Source: Marinilabiliales bacterium (GTDB lineage: Bacteria > Bacteroidota > Bacteroidia > Bacteroidales > ML635J-15). Taken from it: a DNA stretch of 64,000 nt. Shown piece by piece: positions 28,850 through 39,008 of the stretch. The notes beneath the pieces were generated by a model. It was given only the letters and a program-made list of their open reading frames with translations. It did no database searches and had not been told where the DNA came from. The stretch lies in contig PKTB01000007.1 in NCBI GenBank assembly GCA_002869385.1, positions 80,729 to 144,728 of the forward strand, given 5' to 3'. Each line of letters opens with the position of its first letter. Position 1 is the stretch's first letter. The position numbers and the translations under genes were made by a program.

Positions 28850-29158
28850 TTATTTGTTAAAAAAATAAGGAGGTAAATATAATGGCTCACCTATATATTC
28901 CGAATCATTAACAAATTTAATAATCATATATTTTTTGCTTGTATTAAGCATTACGGTAGGATAGTTCTTTTCTCCGTTGGCAATTACTAATAGTAAATCA
29001 GGAGTATCATTCTTTTCTGAGTAATTTGAAATAAATTGCGAAAACTTTTCAATTTCAGCACATTTGCCGGAAACGAATTCATGTCGTTGATTTTTATAAG
29101 ATCTGAGGCTCCAAAGATCATAACAGGGGAAAATCTCATACTTGATTTTTTCTAGCAA
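28850..29158 (-). CDS. Hypothetical protein
   Basis: This is an ORF only. The start is non-ATG in the track. Confidence 0.3.
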   Translation of the reverse strand: MLEKIKYEIFPCYDLWSLRSYKNQRHEFVSGKCAEIEKFSQFISNYSEKNDTPDLLLVIANGEKNYPTVMLNTSKKYMIIKFVNDSEYIGEPLYLPPYFFNK

Positions 29159-29410
29159 ATACTCGTTATAAACTTGTGCATTGTGTATGTTTTTAATAAT
29201 CCTATCATTAAATAATTCTGATAATACAAAGATAGATAAAATCTCTTTGAACTCTTATATACCAAAAGCTGCAAATGAGTGAATAAAAGAGCAATATTGT
29301 TATTTATCTATTTATAATAATCAAAACACTTATTTTAAACTTCTCCAAGTGCTTTCAAATAGAATAATCAACAAATTAAGGTTATTAAATAATCCAAATA
29401 AATGCAAAAA

Positions 29411-29436
29411 AAAGCTGTTTCGGGCGAAACAGCTTT
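29411..29436 (-). terminator. Rho-independent terminator of the FISUMP-domain gene
   Basis: The stem is AGCTGTTTCG/CGAAACAGCT. On the minus strand it is followed by a T8 run. Confidence 0.6.
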
Positions 29437-29566
29437 TCAACTTTTATAAGCATTAGTTTGCAACTAAACAAACATTGCAAAAATGTACAGGGATTGTACA
29501 TTTGTTTTTCAAATATAATAGATTATGTAATTGTATCAATAATATTGTTGAAAAATGATATGCATT

Positions 29567-31114
29567 TTACCAATCTCTTATACAACGTATAGAATAGCCA
29601 TTGTATTCATTTGGACCACCTCTCCATAGGTATGGATACAAATAATCAATATGGCGACACCACACACCTGTTGATGAATAATATGTAGTTGACCACCATC
29701 TGCAAACTTCATGTATGCCATTAAATTCACCATCAAAGTATCGACCTCCACTTGTATAAGCAGAAAAATAGCTTGTGTTAGTAGCAGCGTCATTAGGAGG
29801 TAGCCAATAATCTGTACCTTGAATTTTCATTTTGCCACCTGCAACAAATTGACCACCCAAATAATCATTTAACACAGTCCACTCTGCATCACTTGGGACG
29901 TGCCACCCTTCCGGACAAACATTACGCTCATCAAAAACTGCATTGATGTTATACAGTTTACCGTAAGGTATATTGTTGTTCGGGTCATTATCATAATACA
30001 CCCAAGCGTCTGTTTCCAGTAAATACCAGGATTCATCCGGCAAATGTGTGATATCATCTCCATTTGCATATTTAGAAGACCTCAAATTTTCCTTCATCCA
30101 GCACTGATTACCTATTAAAACCGTGTTATATTTCTCACTATTTATAGTATCATCAAATTGATATTCAATAAATCCTTCGTATCTAGTTTGAGATGAATGA
30201 TGACAATCGTTATAAGACCAAATATAAGTGTCTAATATAATTCCACATTCAACATCTGTTGAAAATTCTCTTGTTAAACCATAGGTTAAACCAATATCAA
30301 TTGCTGAGTAGAAATCATTAACAGTATTATATTTAAAGCCACTGGCACCTATAACATCATCCCAAGTAAGTTCCAAAGTTCCCTCTCCAATAATTGAAGA
30401 TGTAACTGTAGGTCTTGCCGGGCGTTCAACAAATAAATTAAAAGTATACAATTTATCCCCTTCAGGAATATCTATTATTTCTTCACTTTCGCCATTGATA
30501 TACACTGTATATTTCAATTGATCTCCAATTGCAAAAACAAAATTTGATTTTGTACTCCTGGTGAGTAAATTTGATTGGTATGAATAGTCATTATAGATCA
30601 ATTTAAAACCAGAGTTCTGCGAAACTTCTCCACATATCACCAATATTCTTTGAGCGTATTTTTCTGAATTTACAGATATAATATAACTACCACTCTGACC
30701 TGAAACAAAAGTAAACTCATGCACACCTCTTTTTAAATATTTATTGGTCTTTGCAACTTGTTTTCCGGTAAGATCAATTACTTGAAAAGAATAATGGTTA
30801 TCTTCAATTACATTTACCTCAAATTTAGTCTCATTTGCAAATGGATTAGGATAGTTTTGTGAAATATAAAACCCTTGTTTACTCAACAAATGCTCCTCAA
30901 TACCAGATAAGTTAATTGTTAAAACAGTGTCAGGGTAATACAAAACTGTATCTCCACCTTGTGTTAAATTCTCTACCTTTACACTATCTAAACCTTCGTA
31001 TGCACATGCATAGGTTGATTTGAAAGTGAGATTGATTTCTTGCGAATAAGATAATGTCACAAAAGTAGTAATTGTGACTAAAAGCATTACAATTGTTTTA
31101 TAGCTCAAACACAT
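29567..31114 (-). CDS. Secreted protein with a C-terminal FISUMP (Fibrobacter succinogenes major paralogous) domain
   Basis: The C-terminal domain reads YNTVLIGNQCWMKENL...YGKLYN...CPEGWHVPSDAEW...GGKMK...NTSYFSA...GYSIRCIRD. A Por-tail-like module (QNYPNPFANETKFEV...GSYIISV) sits near the N-terminus rather than at the C-terminus. Confidence 0.7.
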   Translation of the reverse strand: MCLSYKTIVMLLVTITTFVTLSYSQEINLTFKSTYACAYEGLDSVKVENLTQGGDTVLYYPDTVLTINLSGIEEHLLSKQGFYISQNYPNPFANETKFEVNVIEDNHYSFQVIDLTGKQVAKTNKYLKRGVHEFTFVSGQSGSYIISVNSEKYAQRILVICGEVSQNSGFKLIYNDYSYQSNLLTRSTKSNFVFAIGDQLKYTVYINGESEEIIDIPEGDKLYTFNLFVERPARPTVTSSIIGEGTLELTWDDVIGASGFKYNTVNDFYSAIDIGLTYGLTREFSTDVECGIILDTYIWSYNDCHHSSQTRYEGFIEYQFDDTINSEKYNTVLIGNQCWMKENLRSSKYANGDDITHLPDESWYLLETDAWVYYDNDPNNNIPYGKLYNINAVFDERNVCPEGWHVPSDAEWTVLNDYLGGQFVAGGKMKIQGTDYWLPPNDAATNTSYFSAYTSGGRYFDGEFNGIHEVCRWWSTTYYSSTGVWCRHIDYLYPYLWRGGPNEYNGYSIRCIRDW

Positions 31115-31205
31115 TCTATTTTTAATTAGATCATTGTAATTTTATTTAAAATAACAAAATTTACAATATTATTATGGTTTTATCTTATTCTATTTTAAAA
31201 TTTAA

Positions 31206-31580
31206 TTAGCCATATATCAAAAATAATGAAAAAAGGACAAAAGCAACACAAGCAATACTATAAATCACATCAAATATAGATGTTTTACTATTAAAATAAA
31301 TAAATAAATACTTCACATTTAAAAGTGTAACATTTCTTTTGTATTTATTAAAAGAAATCTTAGCAAATAAACCTACTAACATACAACATATCAAAATTGA
31401 AGTTAATATCTTAATATATTTATATTCACTTCCAAAATAATATAGCACTAAAATAAATCAAATTATACACAAAAACAATAAAAATAAATATAATATCCAA
31501 AAGAGTCTAGTATTTTTAACTAAAGTCAATAGTTGTATAATAATGATAACACAAATGTAAAATAGCTCTTCGTAGTACAT
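31206..31580 (-). CDS. Small polytopic membrane protein downstream of the RHS toxin (possible immunity protein). It has an in-frame TGA at 31458-31460.
   Basis: ATG 31580 opens a 125-codon hydrophobic frame (MYYEELFYICVIIIIQLL...LFLCII*FILVLYYFG...). Only composition and position support this call. Confidence 0.3.
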
Positions 31581-31589
31581 ACAGAAAAT

Positions 31590-33896
31590 TTATTTTTCTT
31601 CTTCCTCCTTAATATCATGATATATGTTGTAGGTGCTATTTATTGCGTCTACCACATCTATTAATTTAGAACCAAAAAACATATTAAAAGCACCAGTAGT
31701 CGATATTACTGGGTTGATAACTCTTTGATATACTCCTTTTTTTTCTATCCCACGATAATCACTGCCTGTGATAATTGTTTTAAAAGAATTTACAACAACT
31801 GTTGGAGGTAGAAAATAAATAGGAACTATTGGTGCTATGTATTTATTAGCAATTTCATAAGATGTTTCTCCTACTTGTTCAATAATGCTTCTTCCTCCTC
31901 TTAAATAATTCTTTTTAATACTATTATATATAGCATCGTTGGACACAACTCCAGATGGTTTATCTGCTCCAATAGTATGTTCTGTTTTTGTGTAACTATT
32001 TTTAGGTTCTTTACTTCTTCCTTCACAATAAACTTGAAATACCCAATCCTCATCTTTACCAGTACCTGCGTTACGATTATAAACCTCTCCAATCCTTGAA
32101 ATATCTTTGCCATGACGTTCCATTTTGCGGACCAATCTTCTTTGCTTCCTTTCAGCCTTGTTCCTACTTTCATATAATCCGTAATTATCAATATACTTTA
32201 CAGGATTTTGAAATCCATATCTGTATGGTGTCCAACTAGGTGCAATATCTAGGATTGGGTCAACACTTATCCAGTTACTTAAATCTGAATCATAATACCT
32301 TGACCCAAAGTAAGTATAATCAGTTTCTGTATCAAGCTCTTTTGCAGTAAATTTATATCTACTATCAAAACTCTTTGTACGTTGTTGTACAAATATCTCT
32401 CCATAAGGAAGATATTGAATATGTTCTTCAGTTTTCCCATCAATATTTGTAATAAAACTACTACTTCCAAGATGATCTGGATGGTAAAAATATCGCATGT
32501 TTTCAGGATTATCCATTAAGTCATATGCAGGAATTAACTCATCATCTATTCTGAATCTGCCGCTAAACACTGAACACGCTATACTACTACGAACCATTTT
32601 TCTCAGATCATTTGCTATACTATTTGCATTACCAAAGATGAAGTCTATAGGTAACTCAGTGGGTGCAAAATCAGCTGATCCAAAACAGCCTCCAATTTTA
32701 CTGCAAATCCTTTCACCTTCAATAAAATAGTGTTTTGTATAATCAGTTTCTGTCATTACCATAAATGGGCTAGCGTATAGAGTTTTTTGTAAAATTGCGC
32801 TTGAATGTACTACATGAGCATTTAATTGCATTAATACTTCCGGACCACTAAACTTCCAAGTTCTTTCTCCTCCGGCATCGTAAAGATACGAAGAAATATG
32901 ATTCAACTCACCACTATCATGTACAGAAAGTAATCTATTCTCTTCATCCCAGCACAAATTTCTTTCATTATTAGCAGTTAATGGAGTACTTCTTCTAATC
33001 ATATTCCCATTTAAATCCCACTCAAATACTTTACCTGTAATTGAACTTACATTATGAGGCCGATCTTCATAAGCATATTTTCTACTATAGCTAATAGTAT
33101 TTGTTACTCCATTAATTAAATTTTGAGAAACAAGACGTTTAGTCCTAATATTCCCAGATGAAGAATATGTCATTTGTAGAGCATAGTCCATTGTTCCGTT
33201 ACCATACGATGAAAAATCACCATAAGATTCCTCTAATCTGTTCAAATCATCGTATTTGAAGCTATAATGAAATACTCCTCCAAAATTCACGTTAACATAA
33301 TCTCCTGTATTATCAATCTGCTTAATATTACCAACAAAATCATATAAATAGTCTAAATTTTGCATTAACAAACCTGTACTTTCTTTACTTATAAGATTGT
33401 CTAACCTTAAAGTCAAATCATTATATGAATAATCACTCATTGTTCCATTACCATATTCGATGTGAGTTTTTCTTCCATACTTATCGTATTCAGTTTTATC
33501 AATATACTTAAATGTTTCCCCGGCTTTAAGTCCTTTCATAGAATATAAATCTCCACCTTTATCGTATTTATATGCTACTGTTTCTCCGTCAGGATATTTC
33601 ATTGCTAATAACCTGTTCCAACTATCGTAAGCCCATTGCATTTTAAAAGTGTATGCTTCACCACCAGGGACAACATAAGTGTGGATATTTTCAATAATCT
33701 CGCCCATATTACCATAAGTAAATGTTTGAACGCCCGATGCATCCTGTTGTTTAACTAAACGTCCACTTTTATTTCCCGTTCCTGCAGTACCATATTCATA
33801 ATAGACATTCATTTCAGGATTTAAAGGATAAGAAATTTGTTTTAAACGACAATCTTCATATTCATAATGTATCAATTCTCCTACTGCATTTAGATT
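31590..33896 (-). CDS. Giant toxin frame, segment 4 of 4: YD/RHS repeats, RHS core end and a 194-aa C-terminal polymorphic toxin domain
   Basis: YD repeats (YEYGTAGTGNKSGRL, YKYDKGGDLY, etc.) are present. The core-end motif is HPDHLGSSSF...YLPYGE...RYKFTAKELDTETDYTYFGSRYYDSDLSNWISVDP...YRYGFQNPVKYIDNYGL. It is in-frame with the upstream segment across TAA 33897-33899. Confidence 0.8.
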   Translation of the reverse strand, partial: NLNAVGELIHYEYEDCRLKQISYPLNPEMNVYYEYGTAGTGNKSGRLVKQQDASGVQTFTYGNMGEIIENIHTYVVPGGEAYTFKMQWAYDSWNRLLAMKYPDGETVAYKYDKGGDLYSMKGLKAGETFKYIDKTEYDKYGRKTHIEYGNGTMSDYSYNDLTLRLDNLISKESTGLLMQNLDYLYDFVGNIKQIDNTGDYVNVNFGGVFHYSFKYDDLNRLEESYGDFSSYGNGTMDYALQMTYSSSGNIRTKRLVSQNLINGVTNTISYSRKYAYEDRPHNVSSITGKVFEWDLNGNMIRRSTPLTANNERNLCWDEENRLLSVHDSGELNHISSYLYDAGGERTWKFSGPEVLMQLNAHVVHSSAILQKTLYASPFMVMTETDYTKHYFIEGERICSKIGGCFGSADFAPTELPIDFIFGNANSIANDLRKMVRSSIACSVFSGRFRIDDELIPAYDLMDNPENMRYFYHPDHLGSSSFITNIDGKTEEHIQYLPYGEIFVQQRTKSFDSRYKFTAKELDTETDYTYFGSRYYDSDLSNWISVDPILDIAPSWTPYRYGFQNPVKYIDNYGLYESRNKAERKQRRLVRKMERHGKDISRIGEVYNRNAGTGKDEDWVFQVYCEGRSKEPKNSYTKTEHTIGADKPSGVVSNDAIYNSIKKNYLRGGRSIIEQVGETSYEIANKYIAPIVPIYFLPPTVVVNSFKTIITGSDYRGIEKKGVYQRVINPVISTTGAFNMFFGSKLIDVVDAINSTYNIYHDIKEEEEK

Positions 33897-36800
33897 TTAT
33901 GTCTGGACAGTAATAATGTTTCCTGCAGGATCATAAGTGTAATTGGTACTATTTGCATCAGGATGTACTCTTCTGGTTAACCTCCCAAGCATGTCATATT
34001 CATATAATGTTGAATTGTTCTCAGGATCTGTGGAAACTAATAATTCACCAAGAGGAGAATATTCAAAAGTTGTTTGTACATCTAATGGTTGTAAAATGGT
34101 TGTTTGTAGGTTGTTAGCATTATTAAAAACCTTTGTTGCATGACCATTTTTATCTGTAATTTCAGTAATAAAACTTGGTAATCCAAACGCATCTGTTCCA
34201 ATCTGATAGTTGTATGAAACACTTGTCCCATCAGGAGCTGTGACGGATAATAGTCTGTCTAAGACATCATATACAGTAATTGTAGGATTTAAATCACCAA
34301 ACACCGAATATTGTATAATTCCAGATTGATCATAATTTTCAGTAGATGGTTGCGATGAAGAAATAAGCCTGTTATAATTATCATACTTTAGATTCCCAGA
34401 GACAACAACTTTGTAGTTCCCATTAATTTCAGAAGTTTTTTTACTTTGAACAATTCTTCCAAAACCATCTGAAATATTTACTGTGATAAATTCATTACCT
34501 TGAATATGAGAGTCATAATGCTTTGTCATTGCCCAAAAATTTCTATTAGAAGTCACTTCGTCCCAATATTCGTATTTAATTGTGTAAGGGATATTATTAA
34601 TTACTTCATTTGGCCCGGTAATGGTCTCTATACGACCATCCGTAAGATATGTATACAGTAATGTGGTTCCGGTATGACTTTCTACCACTAAAGGCACACC
34701 TAATGCATAGTCATATGTCGTATGCATCTCATTACCCCAGTAATCATAAATAATTACAGGATAAGAATGTACAACTTCATCATAAGTGTAATGATATGTC
34801 ATTCTTTCTAAATTTGCATCTACAGGATTTTCAATTCTTTCAATATTACCGTATTGATCATAATATAAGCTTGTTTGAGCATGTGTGTCACCATAAAAGT
34901 TTGTGATTCCAATTAAATTTCCATATTCATCGTAATCTCCTTTGGATTTTCTTAATAATGTAGACTGATTATCATATACATGCAGTTCATCAACCAAATT
35001 CATCAAGTATAAATCAGTATTCGGAAGATAAGTAATAATAGCTATTACGTCATCATCAGAAGTCCCATAAAGATTTAAATTGTCATATCTGATAATATTT
35101 CCATACGAACCATGAGTATAAATCTTTTCTGTAGTAACAGTGTTAGCACTTGTTGCATCATAATACCAATTAATTACAGAATCTAACGCTGGATAGAATG
35201 CTCCAAAACATACTGCTTCATCTTCAGGAACAATGACACCTGTTAAAATATCCTTTTTCTTCCAGATGTATATGTTTTCAATTAATGGGTGATTATTTGC
35301 ATCAAATGTGACCTCTCTTGTCTTTATCCCATTAAAAATATAGTTTTCATTATTATATTCTTCAAGAGTAGTACGATATACATTTTCATCCTCAAAACTA
35401 TCCAGTTGATTTGTGTAAACCTGCGCAAATCCATAAGATTCTCTTTCAAGTCTATGATATTTTCCATTTTCGTAATTAAATGTGTAATATAGTTTTTGTG
35501 GATCATCGCCCATATCATCAAATCCATTATTTAGAATTAAAGAAGTCAGTAGCCATTTTGATTCAGGATTTTCAATATCTGGATAAGATTTTTTATAATC
35601 TAATGTGTAAGTGCCTAACCCAGGAGTTGTAATATTCCTTAGAATATTTGCTTTTTGAGGAATTGCAAATTTTGCTTTAATATCAGCACCTTCAATCCAT
35701 AATTTATCTATAGCTCCGTCAGCATTTATATCCATAAATGAGCTTCTTTCCCTACTAATAGAATTCCCAATGTCTGCATAGCCTGTAATTGTCATTTTGT
35801 ATAATCCTATTGTAAAACCTAATGTGCCAGCAAAATTAGATACAATATTTGATGATTTGGATTCTGCTAATTTATTATCAAAGTCCTCATATAATACCAA
35901 AGGTATGAAATCAGACCCGGTATTTATTAAAGCTTTTAAATCATTTATTCCAGCTTCTGCTGGCACAAAAATGAAATCCACAAGACCATCATTATTGATG
36001 TCATCGATTGAAAATTTCAAATTACTCGTACTTCCATTTGCACCTAAGCCAAATGCAAGACTATAATGTTCTTTATTAAGAAATTCTGCATTTATTGTTA
36101 AGCTCCCAGCATTTGTATTTGTTTTAGAGATTTTAGCATCGCTGTCTGAAATTATAATAGTTCTAGGTTGAGAGAATCCATATCCAAGATTATATTCAAT
36201 TGTTAAATTAAAATCACTCTGAGTATTTATTACATCTGTTGATTCAGTGACACGATCAGGCAAACCATCACCATTCATATCTACATAGAGTACTTTTGAT
36301 TTTGAAGTACTAAAATTTGCTCCAACTCCAAATGAGCAATCCAGGTTGTCAAGATGGCAATTCCCCTGCGCAGAAGTACCTGTGTTTTCTAGTAAAGTCG
36401 CTTTAACACCAGCTGATGCACCATGAGTATATCCATTTGCCTTTGAAACAAGCTTTTCTTCAAATTCTAACATATCATCTGAGATTCCACCCATTGCATT
36501 TGAATATTGAATTGATTTTGTTGTTACGATGTCAGGGTATCTATCTCCATTCATGTCTCTAAAATCAGATAGCCCTTTTGTGTTTGTATATGTAAATGTA
36601 TAGCCTAGATTAGCCAAAGGCATTGAGCCAATACAAATGGAATTATTAATTACTTTGTTCATCTTATTTATAACAGGTGCTTCAAAATAATCTGGAGATA
36701 ATGTGAGGCTTGCTTCCGTAATAGTCTCATCAGAACCAAAAACTTCAGTTTGACCTTTTTCAGCACCGACTCCTGAACAAATTCTATCAATACTCACCTC

Positions 36801-38417
36801 TGCACTTAATGCATAATCAATCCATCTATTATTTTGACAATCTGCTGTCATTATTGCAAAAGGATTAATATTGTCTAAATCTATACCATTTGAGTTTAAA
36901 TCACTTTCTGCGTCTTCATATGTAGACTCATCTGTATATTCATTAAAATCAATATTTTCAAAGAATCCTTCTGCCGTTGCAGTTTCATTAACATGCAATA
37001 ATGATTCGTCTATTGGATATACTTCACCATTATTACTTCCATCAAGATAAGAAAACTGGCCCCAACCTCTACAGAAGTTACCAAATTTCGAATATTCATC
37101 AGATAATCGTGAATAAAATCCTGCTCTATATAAATAAGTGTTATAAGCATAAATATGTTTTACATCTGCTGCAATAATCATATCAGGAGTAATATCTTCT
37201 ATATTCGTATGATAATCAAAAAATACTTCTGTACCATCACTAGGGATATTAAAGCTTATTGAATACCAACTCATATCTGCAGGCAGTGTTCCATTTACAA
37301 TTGGAATTTCTTTACTTACAAGCAATTTTCTATTTGTTTTCGCTGTTAATACAATTACACCTGTCGCGTCAAAATCTTCTATAAAGCTTAATGATGGAAT
37401 AACAGTATGATCATCAGCTTGAAATACAACAGGATTTGATAGTTTAACTACATTCGGATATATAGACATATCTAATGATGGGTAAAACTTAGAATCCTCC
37501 AATGGTGGTTTATTAGTTGGATCATCATAAGAAGTGTACTCTATCGAGGCGAAGAAATCAATATTACTCCATTTGATATTTGATTGTGTTTCAAGTTTAA
37601 ACTTTATCATTTCACCTTCTTTAACAACAAGTTGTAGTTCTGGCTCAATAGGTGAATCATAAGTAATATTGCAAATATTAGGGCTTTCTACTACAATTTC
37701 ATCTTCATATTCATCTCCCTCTTCATCCAATAAAGCAATTGGTATCAAAGTGACTATTAGTGGAAACTCTTTGTAATGAAAAATTGTATAATGCATATCA
37801 TCACTTTGTGCTAAACCACTTGAATTTAGATTTGAATTTATAATAACAGTACCATCATAAGGAACTGTAAAATAGTTTCCATCTTGAATAACTACTTCAT
37901 CTTTATATGTATAGCTGTAAATAAAGTCTTCATTTGCATCAATCATTGCATAATTATGATCATATTCTTCCATTGTAATATTTGGTCCTTTAATATCAAT
38001 ATCCCAATCAATATCATCAAAACCATAGTTCTTTTCTGCATGTAATCTAAAATAAACCACATCTCCATACGACAACCTTAAAGAACTTTCTATGGGATGA
38101 ATATCAAAATTATCAGCTTCTATAACTCCCACGATCCTATCATCTTCAGAAAATGAACCATTTTTATATACATCAATAGTATAAAATACTATACCATTAT
38201 TTACTTGATCTCCTTCAATTCTTTTTATTTCGCATGTTAAAGTATATGTATCTATGCGATTAGGTATAGGGCCAGGTGCTTTAAACATTATTACCGGGTC
38301 TCTTCTCGTTTTGGTTTCTTCATCATCAGTAATCTCGACATCAACCACGCTCCCATTGTATGAAATACTATAACAAGGATCTATTCCCATTTCTTGTTGA
38401 TCTTCAGAACCCATTAT
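33897..38417 (-). CDS. Giant toxin frame, segment 3 of 4: TcB-like middle region with FG-GAP/VCBS-type motifs followed by YD/RHS repeats
   Basis: FG-GAP/VCBS-type motifs are DMNGDRYPDIV, DMNGDGLPDRV, DINNDGLVDFI and DINADGAIDKL. These are followed by many YD repeats (YDEYGNLIGITNFYGD, YYDQYGNIERIENP, YTYDPAGNII). Confidence 0.8.
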   Translation of the reverse strand: MMGSEDQQEMGIDPCYSISYNGSVVDVEITDDEETKTRRDPVIMFKAPGPIPNRIDTYTLTCEIKRIEGDQVNNGIVFYTIDVYKNGSFSEDDRIVGVIEADNFDIHPIESSLRLSYGDVVYFRLHAEKNYGFDDIDWDIDIKGPNITMEEYDHNYAMIDANEDFIYSYTYKDEVVIQDGNYFTVPYDGTVIINSNLNSSGLAQSDDMHYTIFHYKEFPLIVTLIPIALLDEEGDEYEDEIVVESPNICNITYDSPIEPELQLVVKEGEMIKFKLETQSNIKWSNIDFFASIEYTSYDDPTNKPPLEDSKFYPSLDMSIYPNVVKLSNPVVFQADDHTVIPSLSFIEDFDATGVIVLTAKTNRKLLVSKEIPIVNGTLPADMSWYSISFNIPSDGTEVFFDYHTNIEDITPDMIIAADVKHIYAYNTYLYRAGFYSRLSDEYSKFGNFCRGWGQFSYLDGSNNGEVYPIDESLLHVNETATAEGFFENIDFNEYTDESTYEDAESDLNSNGIDLDNINPFAIMTADCQNNRWIDYALSAEVSIDRICSGVGAEKGQTEVFGSDETITEASLTLSPDYFEAPVINKMNKVINNSICIGSMPLANLGYTFTYTNTKGLSDFRDMNGDRYPDIVTTKSIQYSNAMGGISDDMLEFEEKLVSKANGYTHGASAGVKATLLENTGTSAQGNCHLDNLDCSFGVGANFSTSKSKVLYVDMNGDGLPDRVTESTDVINTQSDFNLTIEYNLGYGFSQPRTIIISDSDAKISKTNTNAGSLTINAEFLNKEHYSLAFGLGANGSTSNLKFSIDDINNDGLVDFIFVPAEAGINDLKALINTGSDFIPLVLYEDFDNKLAESKSSNIVSNFAGTLGFTIGLYKMTITGYADIGNSISRERSSFMDINADGAIDKLWIEGADIKAKFAIPQKANILRNITTPGLGTYTLDYKKSYPDIENPESKWLLTSLILNNGFDDMGDDPQKLYYTFNYENGKYHRLERESYGFAQVYTNQLDSFEDENVYRTTLEEYNNENYIFNGIKTREVTFDANNHPLIENIYIWKKKDILTGVIVPEDEAVCFGAFYPALDSVINWYYDATSANTVTTEKIYTHGSYGNIIRYDNLNLYGTSDDDVIAIITYLPNTDLYLMNLVDELHVYDNQSTLLRKSKGDYDEYGNLIGITNFYGDTHAQTSLYYDQYGNIERIENPVDANLERMTYHYTYDEVVHSYPVIIYDYWGNEMHTTYDYALGVPLVVESHTGTTLLYTYLTDGRIETITGPNEVINNIPYTIKYEYWDEVTSNRNFWAMTKHYDSHIQGNEFITVNISDGFGRIVQSKKTSEINGNYKVVVSGNLKYDNYNRLISSSQPSTENYDQSGIIQYSVFGDLNPTITVYDVLDRLLSVTAPDGTSVSYNYQIGTDAFGLPSFITEITDKNGHATKVFNNANNLQTTILQPLDVQTTFEYSPLGELLVSTDPENNSTLYEYDMLGRLTRRVHPDANSTNYTYDPAGNIITVQT

Positions 38418-39008
38418 TTAAAATACTGGGTTTCCATCTTGGTCTGGAGTATTAAAGAATACCGTACCATTATTAACATAGTCAATAAATCCATCAGAAT
38501 TAATATCTTCAAAATATTTGTTTGTTGATTCTGTATTACTATTACGATTGTAACTAGCAAAAACAGCAGGCAATGCATCACCTCCATTAACTTCACCTCC
38601 AAAGCTATGAGCTTTTGAAGATGATTCTCCAAGTGATTGCAAGCCATCAATTATATGCATTTCATTATTGAAAAGTAATTGATTATTTTCGTTAAGGTAT
38701 CCTTTATATAGTTCAACTTGTCCATTAAACAAAAGTAGTTTGTCCAGTAAACCATCACCATTGATATCCATTATACTAACCTGTTCTACATTATTTCCAG
38801 TAGTATAGGTATATGTTCCTCCAATAGTTTGAGCTTTAGAAAATATATCTGCTCCTAAACCAAATCCAATTGTTCCACCAAAAGAATAAGACTTGCTGTG
38901 GTTTCTTCCCAAGCTTTGCTCATCACCTTCAAGATCAATACCAAAAATATTGTTACTAAAACTATTAGGTTCCTCTACAGATGAGATTATTACATCTTCT
39001 GTTTCAAA
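38418..39008 (-). CDS. Giant toxin frame, segment 2 of 4: FG-GAP/VCBS-type repeats
   Basis: Motifs are DINGDGLLD and DINSDGFIDYV. The segment is bounded by in-frame TAA 39009-39011 and TAA 38418-38420. Confidence 0.7.
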   Translation of the reverse strand, partial: FETEDVIISSVEEPNSFSNNIFGIDLEGDEQSLGRNHSKSYSFGGTIGFGLGADIFSKAQTIGGTYTYTTGNNVEQVSIMDINGDGLLDKLLLFNGQVELYKGYLNENNQLLFNNEMHIIDGLQSLGESSSKAHSFGGEVNGGDALPAVFASYNRNSNTESTNKYFEDINSDGFIDYVNNGTVFFNTPDQDGNPVF

